A stretch of DNA of 64,000 nt from Nitrospirales bacterium (GCA_965203295.1 CBDBCZ010000018.1:2528001-2592000), one strand, 5' to 3'. Shown: positions 26,901-43,146, counted from the stretch's first letter. The notes: generated by a model from the sequence alone, not told the origin. A program made the numbers and translations.

Positions 26901-27865
26901 AGCCAAATGTAATGACTTGGGAATGTTGTAGTGTACACTGCCTCCACTAGGCAGCCATTACTTGCATGAACAGTATGTCACTTTTGCTACATGTACGGGT
27001 ATATGCCAGCTCCATATACATGTAGTTTGTCCTTCCTTCCCATGGCTACAGTTCTGCTCTCTGTTCATGTGGACTGTTAGTAGTGATATTTATAAACGAC
27101 AAGAAAGTACATATGGCTACAATATGTGCGCCCAGGCTATCAACTTGGCAGTTTTTAATGCACATCACATTCAAATGGGTGCATGGTACTTTATTGGCTG
27201 TTGCGTGCATACACCCTGAAGGGTTAGTCAAAGAGGCCATGCAATTTTTAGCAACACCTAAGAAAGAGGTATGTATGTATATGCAGATCTGAAGTTTACA
27301 ATATAGTTGGATAGGTTACTGTATACATATTAACTGTTCCTAATTTTACATTGCAGTATGTTTATGGTTTACTAAGTAAGTGGAGATACTATTAATATCT
27401 TACACTTCCATGGACAGCATCTGTTAGGCTACTAACTGGCCAGGAGTTGTATTACACTAGCACGTTCACATACATACATACATATGTGTACGTATGATAG
27501 GTTTTCTGTGAACCACAGTGCAGCTAGCATGTGTTGTGTACGTATTCTGCAGCAAGACAAAACGTTCCAAGGCCTATAGTCATAACTTACAGATTCTAAC
27601 TCCATTTTAATACTGGTGACATCTCTAGCTTAATAAGACAGTTGTACTGATGGTACTTATCTATGTTCTAGCACAAGCCTTCAGCATGACTCTGATTTAC
27701 GTACTTCCATTCAGGATGATGAGCAGTTCCTGGCTGAAGTCGCCAGGGTTTTACTAGAGTATGGCCATTCATCCTCAGCCTTGGAAGTGTGTCATATGAC
27801 CAGTAGCTCGTACCTGCATGTAGTAAAACTGGAGGTACTTGGTGCACTCAAGAAACAAGCATATC
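23986..27865 (+). pseudogene. Unidentified spliced gene remnant divergent from RCL1 (3' part duplicated inverted at about 48.9-52.2 kb)
   Basis: Exon-like blocks with AG/GT borders at about 24402-24471, 25118-25166, 25359-25558, 27051-27268 and from 27672. No continuous frame. 27051-27268 is weakly SWIM-finger-like, not established. Confidence 0.35.
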
Positions 27866-27870
27866 CTAGG

Positions 27871-28946
27871 GGGTGAAGTATATTCCTTATTGAGATTCTA
27901 AGCTGACACGGTTGCTGCAGGACTGCCTTGGAGGCAACTGCAAAACCACCCTCATTGCTACCATCATACCTGTCTCTAGTACGTAGGTATGCATAGTCAC
28001 TCAATACACTCAAATTTGCCAAAAGGTACTGTCCATGTACATAAGATTAGTGCAATGAATTACGTATGCAGCAATAACCCAGTATAAGATTTGGAAAAAC
28101 AGAGGTACGCGTGTACATACGTGTATACCAGTATCCAGTACTTATTTGCACGTAATTGCACCCACCATGAAAATGAAGTATGAGAATTTACTGTGGTGTA
28201 AGGGAAGCATGCTATTATTATCCTCCATTAAATGTTACATGCAAATACGTAGCAGTCTGTTCACGTACATATTTCATACTAGTAACGGCTGAGTTGTATA
28301 CATATCTGCTGGCAGCCATCACTACTAGCACACCTAGTGTTGTATTCAGAGACCCTGGCTAAATCTGTTTTCTTCAGATTGGTTTGTCTTTACGCTTTTT
28401 AAAACATGCTTCTTATCAGTTCTTTCTTAGCAGTATTCTCTTTCTACATCCACACTTGAATACTCAGGGCAAAAAGTAGCAAGAACACTGTGCAGATCAA
28501 CAAGGACATGTCACAGAAAGCACTGCTGTCAGCCTATCAGCAAGAGATCACAAAGTTGAAGCAACAGCTTGAACACAGGTTCATATTATTAGTACGATAA
28601 TTAAGATATAACCCACTTCAACAGCTAAAACACGTGTACAAACATATTAGCTATTTGTGATAATTGAGATACAGCCTACATCTACATACTGCTGCTATAG
28701 GGAGAATATTTTGGGTCATGAAGAAATTGAGAGGCTTGAAAGAGAAAGGGAGGAAGCTCAAAAGGAAAAGATGAGAAGGGTGCAATTGAGACAAGTCTGC
28801 CATGTTGAATCTACTGCTGTTGAAACGATTCTCCCAATACCTCTCCTTCATAGGCAGCAGTTCTGGAGGCCCACCAACAGTTAATGAGTCAAGCTCAAGC
28901 TGAGAGAGATGCCTTGTATGGCAAGATAGCAGACCTGGAAAAAGTG
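27871..28946 (+). pseudogene. Kinesin gene fragment, copy 2 (end of motor domain, neck, stalk)
   Basis: [32 protein letters not shown] (TGA at 27891-27893 replaces the conserved R). Exon 28468-28578 reads RAKSSKNTVQINKDMSQKALLSAYQQEITKLKQQLE. Exon 28854-28946 is coiled coil. Confidence 0.88.
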
Positions 28947-29350
28947 GTATGTAAAAGCCGTTTGTGAACGGTGTATGTAGGGAAGTAACATATGTATGTG
29001 TGATATGTACATATGCATGTTTTTGCCAAATTACAACTGATCATGTTAGATGTATACGTATACTACCAGCAACCAGCAGCAGAGTTTTTACGAAGCATTT
29101 AATAGCCTGGTAGACTAATTGAGTCAACTCTTACCCATGTAGTTTGGATGCAGGGGATGATAATATTTCGCAGGGCCTGAGATTGTTCTTCCCCGGTCTG
29201 ACATTAACATTATAAAGCTTTCCACTGAAAATCTTTGTAAAGGTTCAACCCCACCACTTGCTTTGTACATACATAGCAGGTGAAAGATTAATATAATCAT
29301 GAGTTGTCATTCAGTAGCACTTAAACTTACGTATTGTGGTATAATAGAGA

Positions 29351-30085
29351 TTGTACCATGGTTGTTTAAACAGACCAATCACATTCACTGCTCACAGGTC
29401 AATAAATCACTTATTCACCTGTCTGGGTTCTTATTCACCTGGCCCTGAGGGTATGACTTAATTAAGGTTGCTATTTTCATGTTGTTTAATACAGGCTAAC
29501 AGTGTAATGTGGAAGTCATATTATTATAATGACAATGCAGACATAAATGAGGCAGCAAGCGTGCATGACTTACAATCAGGAGTATGACGCATAATACGTA
29601 AGCACAAATGACGTATAGAGTGGGGTCCGAACGAACAATTTGGTAGGTGGAGCGTAGGGCGGAGCTAAGACGAGTACAACACTAGCAACGCTACGAGACT
29701 AAGCAGCGCTGGAGCGCCGTCGGTCACGGGTGAGTATCTTCTCGTTGAAACGATAGCTAGGTACAACCGTTATAGGACGAAGTTGATGCTGGTACTCACT
29801 GAGAATAGCGAGAACAACGGAACTTGTTGAAGGCAGTAGGCAAACCGCAGTTGTCGGTATACATTCGCAGCAGAATCCACTGTCGCTAAGCCTCATACTG
29901 ACTGTATTAGCTACTGACACTTTTATAGTAACGCAGTGCGTTGCTACAGAACAGTGTTGCTATGCCCATGGTACAAGTCGGTTATACGCCTCGGGGTTGG
30001 TAGTTACGTGATTTATACACCTCGTGCCTTCGGCACTCGGTGAATAAATCGCGTAACTACCTCCCCCTCGTCGTATAATCTATAC
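29351..30085 (+). mobile_element. 735-bp non-autonomous insertion with short subterminal inverted repeat and long 3' hairpin, no TSD
   Basis: Absent from paralogs at about 19185 and 47365. tgtaccatgg (29352) pairs with ccatggtaca (about 29966). A palindrome of about 100 bp spans 29981-30078. Confidence 0.75.
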
Positions 30086-32380
30086 ATGTGCAGCATATAC
30101 AATCAGGTACATAAGCTGGCCACAAAAAAGGAAATTCTTTGACCCATACGTATATCCCAGCTCTAGTTTAATCAGTTGATTTTGTATTGTGAGTCTGCAC
30201 CATGCACTCCACCTTCATGTCCATCTCCAGGCTGCAATTTCTTCCCTTAGCTTGGTAAAGTACTCCCTCCCTTTCTTCACCTCTGCACACTCATCTTCCG
30301 GCCTTTGTGAATGTACAGTGAAATAAAGTGATATGTGTGAAAAAAGCCTTTCACCACATAAAATCTTACAGTGAAAAAGAAACTTGGAGAGAAGAATAAA
30401 GACCAGTTTCAACCAAATATTAAGTTAATAACACCTCAGCTCTTAGCTAATCATATGTACAAATAAACAGTAACCTTTTGCTCATACTAAAATCACAAAC
30501 CTTACGATGGGAGCCCAGCCCTTGGCTTTGACTCCGCAGATACAAGCCCTTCTCAGGTAGCACAAGCCCTCAACAAGTACAGATCACGACAGCAAGGTAA
30601 CTATTACACATATAGAACTACCATGAACTATGGAAATTTTTGGTCAGCTTTGCCAGCAGCTGTGATATTGCTACCAGCTGTACTACTGTAAAGCTCCCGC
30701 TGCAGCACTCTGGTAACCAATCACAGCCTAACCAACATGGCTAGCACCAGTACTGGAACGACTACAATGCCTAACATGTGAACACACCATTCATTGCATT
30801 CAAATGATAGAAAATACAATGATACCGGTATATATTGTCAAAGTATGGTAGCATTATCTGTATACGTGTACCATCATAACTACTGTTGCAGTGTATGTGT
30901 AGGCACATACTCAGACTATGTGTGCATACATATATGTACGTAATATACCCCCTTTCTCACAGGATGAACCAGACACACCCGAAAAGATTGAAAGAAGATC
31001 TTGTGAGTCCATGAGTTTTTTAAAAGAGAGGCCATTAAGGAAAGTACTGAAGTGGTTAGAGCTTGAATCCATGCACACTGATGTAGATAGAGTGATATCA
31101 AGCTAGTGTTTAATGGTCTTCATACATTTTCTGCAGTAATTACATTTATGGGCATTGTTATGTTCTTCTTAAAGCCCCAGTCAAGCATCATCCCCTGTCT
31201 GCAGAGATGTTAAAGAGTGCTTCTAGAACAGGAACACCTATTTTCTTATCTCTTAATTTCACTATACATATTTATGGGGTTTACAGGAATTCTTATCTCT
31301 TAATTTCACTGTGCATATCAATAGTGTTTCCGCGAATAGACACTGCCCTTCATTAGTAGCCACCGCTATTTTGCCTTCATAAGGTAGAGATTCAGCTCTG
31401 AAGCTATTATAACTGTGATTGAATATGATCTGAACATCTAGCTGTTTTGGAAGTACATACTCTTCCAGTTCCTTTATATTCAAGTCTCCCTTCAATGTTT
31501 TTTTTGTCTGAAACAGAGACTGCAGGGAGTGGACACTGCATCTGTGCAAAGATGTCTCATCTGTTGTTATGTTAACTACAATTGTACTTCAGAATGTAGG
31601 CATGTCTGTACTGTTGCTGGGTTTCTGTCTCACAGATCTTCATGTCCCTCTTCCTGCAGGCTATAGTTTACAAAGCTTTATAGGCCGGAGGAGTGAGCCC
31701 CCTTAGCGCTTATTCACTGCACACCCATAATATTCATCTGGTCAGTGAGTTGTACGTATACCAGTATGTACATTCATGGTATTAACACTTGAGTAACTGT
31801 GTTTAAACAGGCGTGCACTGGTTAGATGTATACATATTTATGTAATCATCATCATCGTCAGGTAAGTACATTCCTGTTTACTTCTTTTTCTCAATCAGGT
31901 AGCTTTTTTGTCAGGGCAGCTATGGAATTAACCGCATCATTGTAGGGCATGTGCATAGTATGTGTATGCTCCATTTTGTAAGAAGATATGTGCGGACTGA
32001 CAGTAATACATGTATAAACACCATTAAATACATACTGTAGTTAAAATGGTAAGCTGAAAAGTGAGTTAGTTTTAAAACGGTTACGTTTCAGTTCACTTAA
32101 AGTTGCTATCAAATTCAATCTAATGGAGAGCTCATCTGCTTCACGCTAGTAGTGTTCAACTCAACAATGAAGTGTAAATCAATTGCTACACGATCAAGCT
32201 TGAATTGTGCCACTTTTCATGTATATGTATTTTGCAGCACACCTGTACGTGAGTACACTAACATAGCAAGAGCATGAACATATGTGATGGTACAGCCACA
32301 ACGGGACCAGAGTAACATGCATTATGTGGAAGAGGCACATGTAGCTACGCAGGGTTCTAGTTCTCACTTGTTCTCTGCAG

Positions 32381-33320
32381 GATGATACTTCGGCAATTAC
32401 TCTTAGAGAGTATATTGATGCACTAGCACATCCCAGTACAGGAATACCATGCCAGGTGAGAATATTACGCATGTATAATGTCATGTGTCAATTACGTTAT
32501 TCAGAACTCAGTTAATACTGGGGTTTAATAGTACATTGATACTGTTGCATGTAATGAGGAGAGGTATTGGTAAGTTATCGGTGTCAGCTGTCTGCAAATA
32601 ATCATCTGCAAGGAACTATTGTTCCTACTCCACAGGAAGCATCTGGAGAACACATCTTTACAGGTTCAGCTGCAGTGAAGTGGTTTGTGCACAATATGGA
32701 GGGAGTTTCTAATGTGCAAGTGGCTAGGGTAAGTATGACTGTGTAGTGTCACTGTGCCTGTTAGATACTAACAGGCTCACATGTTACATTTTGCATTGCA
32801 TAAGTACATTTATGTTTGCACGACATGCGTGTTCAATTGCACACCCTGTGTGAACGCACTGCACCTATACGTATGTATGTTGTTATATTATGTTGTACAG
32901 ACTATGCCTCTTACTTTTTAATTCATGCAGTTGGAACATTCTATCATTTTCTCTTTACTTTATAGGATGTAGGACAGAGACTTATGGATCTTAATGTGTT
33001 TACAGAGATTCAGGGTAGGAACCTGTCACTTCACATACATGTACTATAGCACTGACATATTTGTTCATAGTGTTTACCTTTTGATATGGTTTTGTATGTA
33101 CATTCATAGTTTCACCACCAATACAGTGCAACTGCATATAACTGTATATAAGAGCATAAGTACAGGAAAAGCTCTTGATCATGATTCCCTGCAGGTGGCA
33201 CACATTTTTGTTTCTGAATCGGTGTACTACTAGTTGTGTGAGCCTGCAATCACGACGACCAGTCCTCGAAGACCCATACTTAGCAGATTGCAAACCATTC
33301 ATTTACTTGTAGCACCTTGT
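32381..33320 (+). pseudogene. DEP-domain gene fragment (exons 32381-32455, 32636-32728, 32966-33014, 33195-)
   Basis: DDTSAITLREYIDALAHPSTGIPCQ / EASGEHIFTGSAAVKWFVHNMEGVSNVQVAR / DVGQRLMDLNVFTEIQG / ..IFVSESVYY*L fits the DEP pattern F.GS..V.W...A...GQ.L.D...F. The last exon is out of phase and contains a stop. Confidence 0.7.
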
Positions 33321-33571
33321 ATTATACACGTAGCTAACTATTCTCACTTATGCTATTGTCACTCAACCTGACGATGCACAGTAGCCTTCCTCATATAGTA
33401 TGTACGTACGGTTTCTCACTCTGATGTTCACTCTCTTTTTTGCCTAGACCCTGTTCATCATTCTCCTTGGATCCAAGCTTTGTAGGCTTGCACCGGAGCC
33501 TCTATGAAAATCACAGAGGCTCTCTAGCAAGTGCCACTGAATACTCAGGGTCAGTGTAGTATAAAGTACAT

Positions 33572-35234
<1,663 letters not shown>

Positions 35235-36141
35235 TAATGTATCTGCTATTGGAGGAGTCTGTAACGTTTACTGAAATTAGGGATGCATGTAAATTACGCA
35301 ACAAACTAATGTCAGTGTAATTGCATATTTTCAGCATTTGACATGATGGCTTATGGTTTACAGTGTAATAAGTTATGGGAAGTTGGGGTTAGGGGTAAGA
35401 TGTGGAGAGTTATTAGTATGACATTTCACTGAGTGCGGTTTTACTTGTGAAATTTCAGTTGTTTGATGAGGTTAGGAAGGCTGGGATTGGCATATCTATA
35501 GACAATGTTGGGAGTCTAATGTTTGCTGACAATTTGGTACATGTAGGTTTAATTACTAATGCTGAGAACTCTTGAGTAGTACAGGAGTTTGGAGGTTGAA
35601 TCAAAAAGAGTGCTGTTATGGTATTTACAGATGTTATTACATGCAGGAACACTTCATGGAAGTGGGGAGATATAGACACTCCAAGGGTTGCATGTTACTG
35701 ATAGGCATTGAATTTGCTAGTAGTGGTTCATGAGATAGTCATGTACAGAAGGTAGTAAATAGTGGAAAGAAAAAACTACTTAGGTTTTTAGAAATATCAG
35801 TATAGTTGCAAGAAGGATAAGTATATAATTATTGTTAGTTTCGGTACTTTGCCCTACTTTTGAATATGATAGTGAAGTGTAGGCTTGTATTAAATAGCAG
35901 ATCACTTTTTTTGGAATCTATTTAGCTAGGAACAGCTAAAAGATACGTACTTGGCTGTTCTTTTAAAATGTGTAACGAAGGAGTAAGGGGAGATATGTGG
36001 TTGGAATCTTTGAAGGGCAGAAGGGATAGGTGCAATTAAACTTAAGTGGTGGTATAAAGCCAATGACGAGAGATATACTAACACTGAGTGGTAAGTGAAA
36101 CCGTGTAGATTACATGTCGATTTGAGAGGATGGCTTAAATA

Positions 36142-36722
36142 CCGTAGACTCGAGTTATCAGGTGCATGCGCTAATTGGGACAATAGCAACAGTGTATGCG
36201 CTACATAACGAAGTGTGCTACATATCGGCGGTTAAAGGTTGCCATGCCTATTTATTGCATGTGTCAACGACAGCTGTCGATGCAAAAAGTTAAAGCTCTT
36301 CACGGCAAGGTTACATTAGCTGGCTAAAAAAATGGGAAGCTTTGTTGCTGTTAGCAGATTACTAACTACCAATATGGAATCACGATCAAAGAAAGCGTTG
36401 TTCGTGGCCACTACGTGTACAAAGTGTTCCCAGTGCTACCATGGCAAGCGAGCAGTAGCTATCTATCGAGACGGAAAGATTGTTGGCCACATACCCAGAG
36501 AGCTAGCTAGCTGCTAACAGTCTCTTAGTTTCTCGTTCAATCCTTTAATAATTATTTTTGTGCTAGTTGCTCCACCCCATGTTTCGTTTAATTGTAACAT
36601 GTGCGCCTGTTAACGAGGTTTTTACCTCTGAATTTTTACAGCTTTGGGCCAAGAAGCGAGCATGTGCCTGATAGCGTATGTGTGCTACATGATGAAGTGT
36701 GCCTGATAACCTTAGTCTACTG
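36142..36722 (+). mobile_element. Second TA-flanked non-autonomous element with deleted HIRAN-like fragment
   Basis: TA-ccgtagactcgagttatcagg...cctgataaccttagtctactg-TA. Internal frames read SVVRGHYVYK and AVAIYRDGKIVGHIPRELA. Confidence 0.7.
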
Positions 36723-38917
36723 TAGTAATGATAAACTAAGTCTTTTGTAAAGAAATAGAATTACGTACTTGAAGGGGGTTGGGAGTAGCCTTCCTCATAT
36801 AGTATGTACGTACGGTTTTTCACTCTGATGTTCACTCTCTTTTTTGCCTAGACCCTGTTCATCATTCTCCTTGAATCCAAGCTTTGTAGGCTCGCACCGG
36901 AGCCTCTATGAAAATCACAGAGGCTCTCTAGCAAGTGCCAGTGAATACTCAGGGTCAGTGTAGTATAAAGTACACGGGCTGTCCCTACATTGCTTTGGAT
37001 GTGAATTGCAGTTAAAAACTGAACAGCGGAGTAGCAATTTGTGATAAAATTGCATTTGGGAGTTCAAAAGCACCATTGAATGGTCTTCCTATGCCCTAAC
37101 CAAAGAATGTTTTCCAGAAATGATAGATTGCAATCTTTCACTTTCCTACCCACAAATTTTGTAGTTGGGGCTTCTCCACAGTATTCTCCACAGCATCCCT
37201 GGAGTCTATAGCTGCATTACAAATTTCAGAGGATTTACTGGAGCATTTTGGGCTGTCTAATCTTCAACCATCACAGCTTCATGTTACTGCTATCTATGGT
37301 ACGTTACATGAAAATACAATGTATCATATGTACATTGATGTTTGCATGATGAAGGTTGCATTGAGAGAGGGTTATTTTATATGAAACATGCCACGCTCGA
37401 ACGGTAAACACTAAGTAGAGTAATGAAGTACACGTAACTCTCTCCCAGCTATGGGATACACATACATACGTATGCGCCCGTATAATATAGGGGAAAGTAT
37501 GTACTGTATATATCTTGACATCTAGTATATAAAATGCATCAACATTGTCATTGAAATGTTAAGCTTCTGTGTAGACATCAAGCACGCTGTGTATGCCAGG
37601 CAGTTTTGCGCGATGAACCTATATTATAATAGCCCCATACCTGCATGCTGGATTGCAGCTATGTAATTTACCTGAGTCTCTAACGTGCAGCAGGTCATCT
37701 ACATCAAGTAGCTAATCCTTTTAAATTTGGTCCACCTGGAGCCAGATTTCGGAACAAGAACATGTGCCTGTATCAACCTCTTTAGAAAATACCATAATAA
37801 CACTCTTTTTATGTTAGATTTCAACCTCCATTTATTACAAAACCCCTGTACTACATTAATCAATGTTTGTAAGTCCTCAGCATTAGGAGTTAAACCTACA
37901 AAATCATCGGCAAACATTAGACCCCCAACCTGAACATCCTTCTTAATATTAATGCCAATCACAGCCTTCTCAACCTCATCTAACAACTGATTAATAGAGT
38001 TAATAAGATAGGTGACATACTACAAATCTGTGCCACCCCCTGACCTATATCAGATATTTCTCTCTTCAGTAAAACAGCACTCTGTGTGATCATGTCAACT
38101 CTGTCAACTACTTTAAAAAAAATAAAGCTTAAGTGTCCCTCATTCTACGTGGTATGATTTCATTGAGAGCAAAGATGCCATCAACATGACTCATTTTCTC
38201 TCTAAATCTTCATAAAGAGCTCTTTCTTATTCTAATGTGATTACTACGCGATTGTTTAGAACAATTTTCCTCCCACATTCAATAATGTAATGCCTCTGTA
38301 ATTACCCGGGCCCTCAGTATCACCTTTCTTATACAAGCTAAAAATTAACACTTGTCCTCTTTGTTTTGGAACAGTCTCCACTGTACAAACTACTTCAGAT
38401 TAGACTTTCAACAGACTAATGACAAGCCGATCATTACCTCCTGCATTATTATTCTTTAAGGTTTTAGTTAAATTTCTGCAAAACTAATTCCACTGTCCAA
38501 AACCTTAACCTTCCGTAATCGAGACATTTCACTGTACTCTGTCACTTTCTGCCCTACATGCTCTTTCCAGCTACCATCAAACTGAACATCTTCAGATGCT
38601 GTAGACAGTCTTTCATAATGCTCACATAATACTCCCTTGGTACTGGTTACACATGAACCCTCAAATAAGCAACATACCCTTACGACTACCCTTTGAAGAT
38701 CCTGCCAACAAATGCCCAAGAACTCTTTCCTGTTTTCATGAAAATCTTTATTAGCCTTTTCAATCACTTCCTTTCAACTATCTATACCAATTCCTTGATT
38801 TCCGAACATAGTTTGTAACACTCTCCCCATTTATCTTCCCTGCTAATACTAATCTCCTTGTAAACCAGTCTCCTTATCATAATCTTCTCCCCGTTCCACC
38901 ACCTAACCGCTTTGCCA

Positions 38918-39003
38918 CACATTATCGCCTTTTCTCCGATTTCCCTACCATCACAGATAACACATTATCGCCTTTTCTCCGATTTCCCTACCATCACAGA
39001 TAA
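38918..39003. repeat. 43-bp tandem duplication private to this copy
   Basis: cacattatcg...cacagataa occurs twice here and once in paralogs at about 15045-15087 and 45030-45070. Confidence 0.85.
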
Positions 39004-42000
39004 GCAGTAATTAATGCAACTGTTAGCTATGTCCTGTCTCTGGCACACTTTTATGTAATGCATACCTAACTTTTAAATTGTATGTTTGTGGGGGGGGGGG
39101 GGGGGGGGGGGGGGGAATCAAAAGTAGATAACTAGTCTTTGTCGTCTTGAAGATGCGAGACTGTCATTATTTTCAGTGTAAGTCCATAAAGATCAGTGTT
39201 TCCTTTGAAAATACTGCTGCACAGCTTTGAAGGTAAGGTAAAAATACATATAAATTGGTTTTGTACATTTCCACTGATTGGATAAAGTAATAGTACATCT
39301 GTGTAGTTTGAGCAGTGGTTGAAAGTTTTGTTCCCTTGGTTCAATAGTTGTTGGGTTCATGGTTCGAAAATCAGGCTCTATCTGCACAAATTCTATTGCT
39401 GGTTAGGCCACACGTTTCTGAAGATATTTCAAAGAGGAGTAAAGGCATGAATGGCTGCAGTCATGTACAGATAGAGAGCAGGACCAATAAGGATTTACTG
39501 CTTATGTACCTCATTGTGTTAAGCAAGCATAAAAGTCTCTGGAATGAACAGTGACTATGGTGACAGCTAGTGTATTAGGTCACTGTGATATGTGGCATAC
39601 ATATAGAGATTGCGGTAGAGGTCTAGAGCTGATCCGATTCACTTGGTAGAGACAATGATGGCCAAGTGTTCATGTTATTCTTCATAACATCACCAGCTTC
39701 ATACATTGTTTTACCACCCAGGGTAGGAAGCCAGAAGGCAAAGTTACATCAGAAAAATACCAGGCTGTACAAGAAGAGCACAGTGTTACTGCATGAGCCT
39801 GTCAGTGCTTTCAAAAACAATAATCATCGATTCTGCTAATACTGCATTAGTTGTTTTATACATACTGAGCTCTGGCATTCAGATTCTACAAATAGGCTAT
39901 GCAAACGTTTTAGAGTGTACTAGTCAGATTTGTACCGAGCCGTTATTGGCTCTATTATAGTGTTTCTGTAACTGCATCTACAATGGTGATTTCAATGTCA
40001 TGTTGACTATTGTATAATGTTTATACTGCCGTGCAGGTAGTGAGCTCACACACATCACAAGCAGTGGCTGGAGCTCAACAGTATCCGAGCACCCAAATAA
40101 AAATTTACAAGCTCTACCAGAGTGCATCAGTGGTGATTTCAAATGCAGATACCTTGGACAACAGCATAAAGATTGATTTAGAAGCAGGAAGTCAAGATTC
40201 AAGTGGACGAGACTTTCTCTTCGTGACTATTTACATGTGATGAAGCTGTTGTCACGCGTTGAACTGTTCTTTTTTTATTTCATGTGAGTATGCCACATTT
40301 GTGCTGCATATACTTGCATGACATTGTAGAAGTCTTATTTCAGATTTTGTACAACGTTTATCCTGCTATTGCTGATTATTATTGTATTATTATTTCATTA
40401 CTCCTTTTGGGGCGAGCGTGAATTACTATTTTTTTTGTATTACTCCCTTTATGGCGAGTTTTTATTTATTTTTTTATACTATATACTCTTTTTTATTACT
40501 ACATGTAGTAATTTCCCTTTTGAAACGAGCGCGAACGAGCCCCCCCCGTCCGTGCGCATGGACTATTCCGTAAAAACGTTAGCATGCCTATTTCTAATAC
40601 TGTTGTCACGCGTTTCAACTGCTTTACTCTTATAATCCTCTGCAACATGAGCGTGCACTCTGGAGAGAGAGAATGAGTGACTTGTGTAGACAGCGGACAC
40701 TGGAACGGCGCAGACAGCGCTACAGAGAAAGGAGTGCGGCCGAAACCCCTGTGGAGAAGGACAGAAGGCTACAGAACGAGCGAGCATGGCGAAGGCGGAG
40801 ACTGTTGGGTGAGTCGGCTGAACGCGGCTAAGGAGGCCAACGATCGAACGAACGCTTACATGTACGCCGGCGAAAACACAGGGCAGCAGCGCAAGGGCAG
40901 AGGATGATGACTGAGTCCCGCGATGCCATGAACATTGGTAGTTGAAGGAGAAAGTTAGTGGCATGTCTCCTGTGCAGAGTAGTCTCTCTCTGCAGTGGTG
41001 TTAAACGTTTATCATGCTGGAGCTTCTGAACTGCCCTCAGCGACTTGTCATAGTCATTCACAATAGCTGCATACACATCCTTCAGCATCTGTGACCGTGG
41101 CTCGCATAAATTGGTGGCCGCTAACTGGTGTTGAGGTTGTAGCTGTTCTGTCACTAGACACGTTTTTAGCTTGCCTTGTCTGCAAGTCTCAAATCACCCC
41201 ACAACTGAACAGCTGGGTAGATGTGCAAGTGCGATGCTCTTCAAGCACTGAAAAACTTTAAGAAACAGTGGAGGGGCTACCCAGCCCACACATCATACTA
41301 GGCTGATCGTGTTCATGCAAAGGCCAGCAAGAGCGTGTGAAAAAACAGTAACAGAAGCAATCTGCAATGTGACACTGTGCCTATTGTATGTACATAATGA
41401 ACTAACCTGGGTCCAAACATGAGATCATAGAAGAAAGTGATACGTCAGACCGCGCCGTATTAGCCAATCTTAACTTGTCTACATTGCACATGCAAGATGA
41501 ATAGGTCACCGAAACTTCCCTCCTATCTGCCCCTCCGTTTACTTTGACGTACAGCCTCACTGGCATTCACAGGCATTAAGTACAAACCACACTAACATTT
41601 CTCAACTACATCCCTCCATATTATCATGATGATCATATCAAAGTCAGTTATGCATGATGAACTCGCTCGCCCCACAGTGCTCTGCATCATAGAAAATAGA
41701 GATAGATAATAGATGATAATACTCTATTATCTATGTCTGCATTCACCTAGTAGATAATATCTATGCGCCCACACAGTTCTGAATACTGTGCGTATGCGTA
41801 CAGGTACAGGTCTAGACAGCCCCACCCCCATTCATTCACAATGAATGCGTTTGTGCGTCGTCATGGTCAAAGCCTCGCTGAAGCGTCGGGAATCTTCGTC
41901 AGGGAGGGGTGGAGAGAATTTCACACTTGCTGGCCACTCAAACAACGGGAGAATAAAGCTATCTCAAGCCATGTAAGATTGTACTCGCTAATATATACCC

Positions 42001-43135
42001 GTTCTGTACTGTAATTTGGTCAGCCAGGGTACGTAGCTAGCCCCCGTACAGTCTGGCTCGCGAGATTAGCTCCCGTGTCGGTACAGAGGTTTGCAAAAGC
42101 TTGCAAGTGACTGTGCAGAGTAGAAACCAGAAAGCTTGCCCTGCTCAGTAATGAGCCTTTCATCTGTAGCGTTAGAGTAAGCTTAGGCCTTGTATTTTTC
42201 GAGTGCAAACCTCTGTAGACCTACAAAATAAAGTAGCTAGTCTTTGACACATTTTTTGCTGTTAGACGTTAAGTGATAGCCATTGACATTGAAAGTCTTT
42301 GACATAGAGTCTTGCACTGTAAATTAGATTCCCTGACCATAGTAGAGTAGAATAGTAGTATACAAATAGTACAAAATGTGCAATATTATGTGTTAATTGA
42401 GTTTCCAATCCCTGTCCTTCTACTCTACTGTCTATGCCCTGACAATGTTTGGTGGGGGTCCCTATCACAACTGCTATAACATAGTGTAACAGTTATTGCC
42501 TTGTACAACTAACTGTGGTTGCTAAGTATGCATATGTATCTATAGCATCATGTAAACCTATTTCTTCCATGTAATAAAGAGCACAAGGCAGCAACCATTA
42601 CCAAACAGAGTCAAGGAAAAGGCCTTCACAGATCGGAATCAATGATTTTGGAGGTGCCAAAAATATTGAGCGTTATGAAAGAAAGGTGAGCTTAGCACTC
42701 CACTGTTTCTTACAGTGTTTAAGTGCTTGAAGGGCATCACACTTTGCACATCTACCCAGCCGTTCAGTTGTGGGGGTGATTTGAGACTTGCAGACAAGGC
42801 AAGCTAAAAACGTGTCTAGTGACAGAACAGCTGCAACCTCGACACCAGTTAGCGGCCATCAATTTATGCGAGCCACGGTCATAGATGCTGAAGGATGTGT
42901 ATGCTGCTGCTGTTGTGAATGATGATGACAAATCGTTGAAGGCAGTTCAGAAGCTACTGATAAACACGACTGCAGAGAGGGACTACTCTGCACAGGAGAC
43001 ATACCACCTTCTCCTCAATGTTCATGGCATCGCGGGACTTCATCATTCTCTGCCCTTGCGCTGCTGCCCTGCGTTCTCGCCTGCGTACATATGTAAGCGT
43101 TCGTTCGATCGTCGGCCTCCCTAGCTTCAGCCGAC

Positions 43136-43146
43136 CATTATCTATG
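43136..43146. mobile_element. 11-bp P-element-like excision footprint
   Basis: agccgac-cattatctatg-agccgac. Paralogs at about 13251 and 7555 have a single agccgac. Confidence 0.75.

Larger units (their letters stand above)
25598..31093 (+). repeat. Inverted duplication of 46365-52200
   Basis: Reverse-complement match. Paired ORFs: 27083/49525, 27046/49565, 28180/48431, 25706/51199. Confidence 0.93.

Noticed and set aside
39090..39115. Long poly-G run as a functional G-quadruplex
   Set aside because: Paralogs have shorter poly-C runs, so this is simple slippage or homopolymer error.
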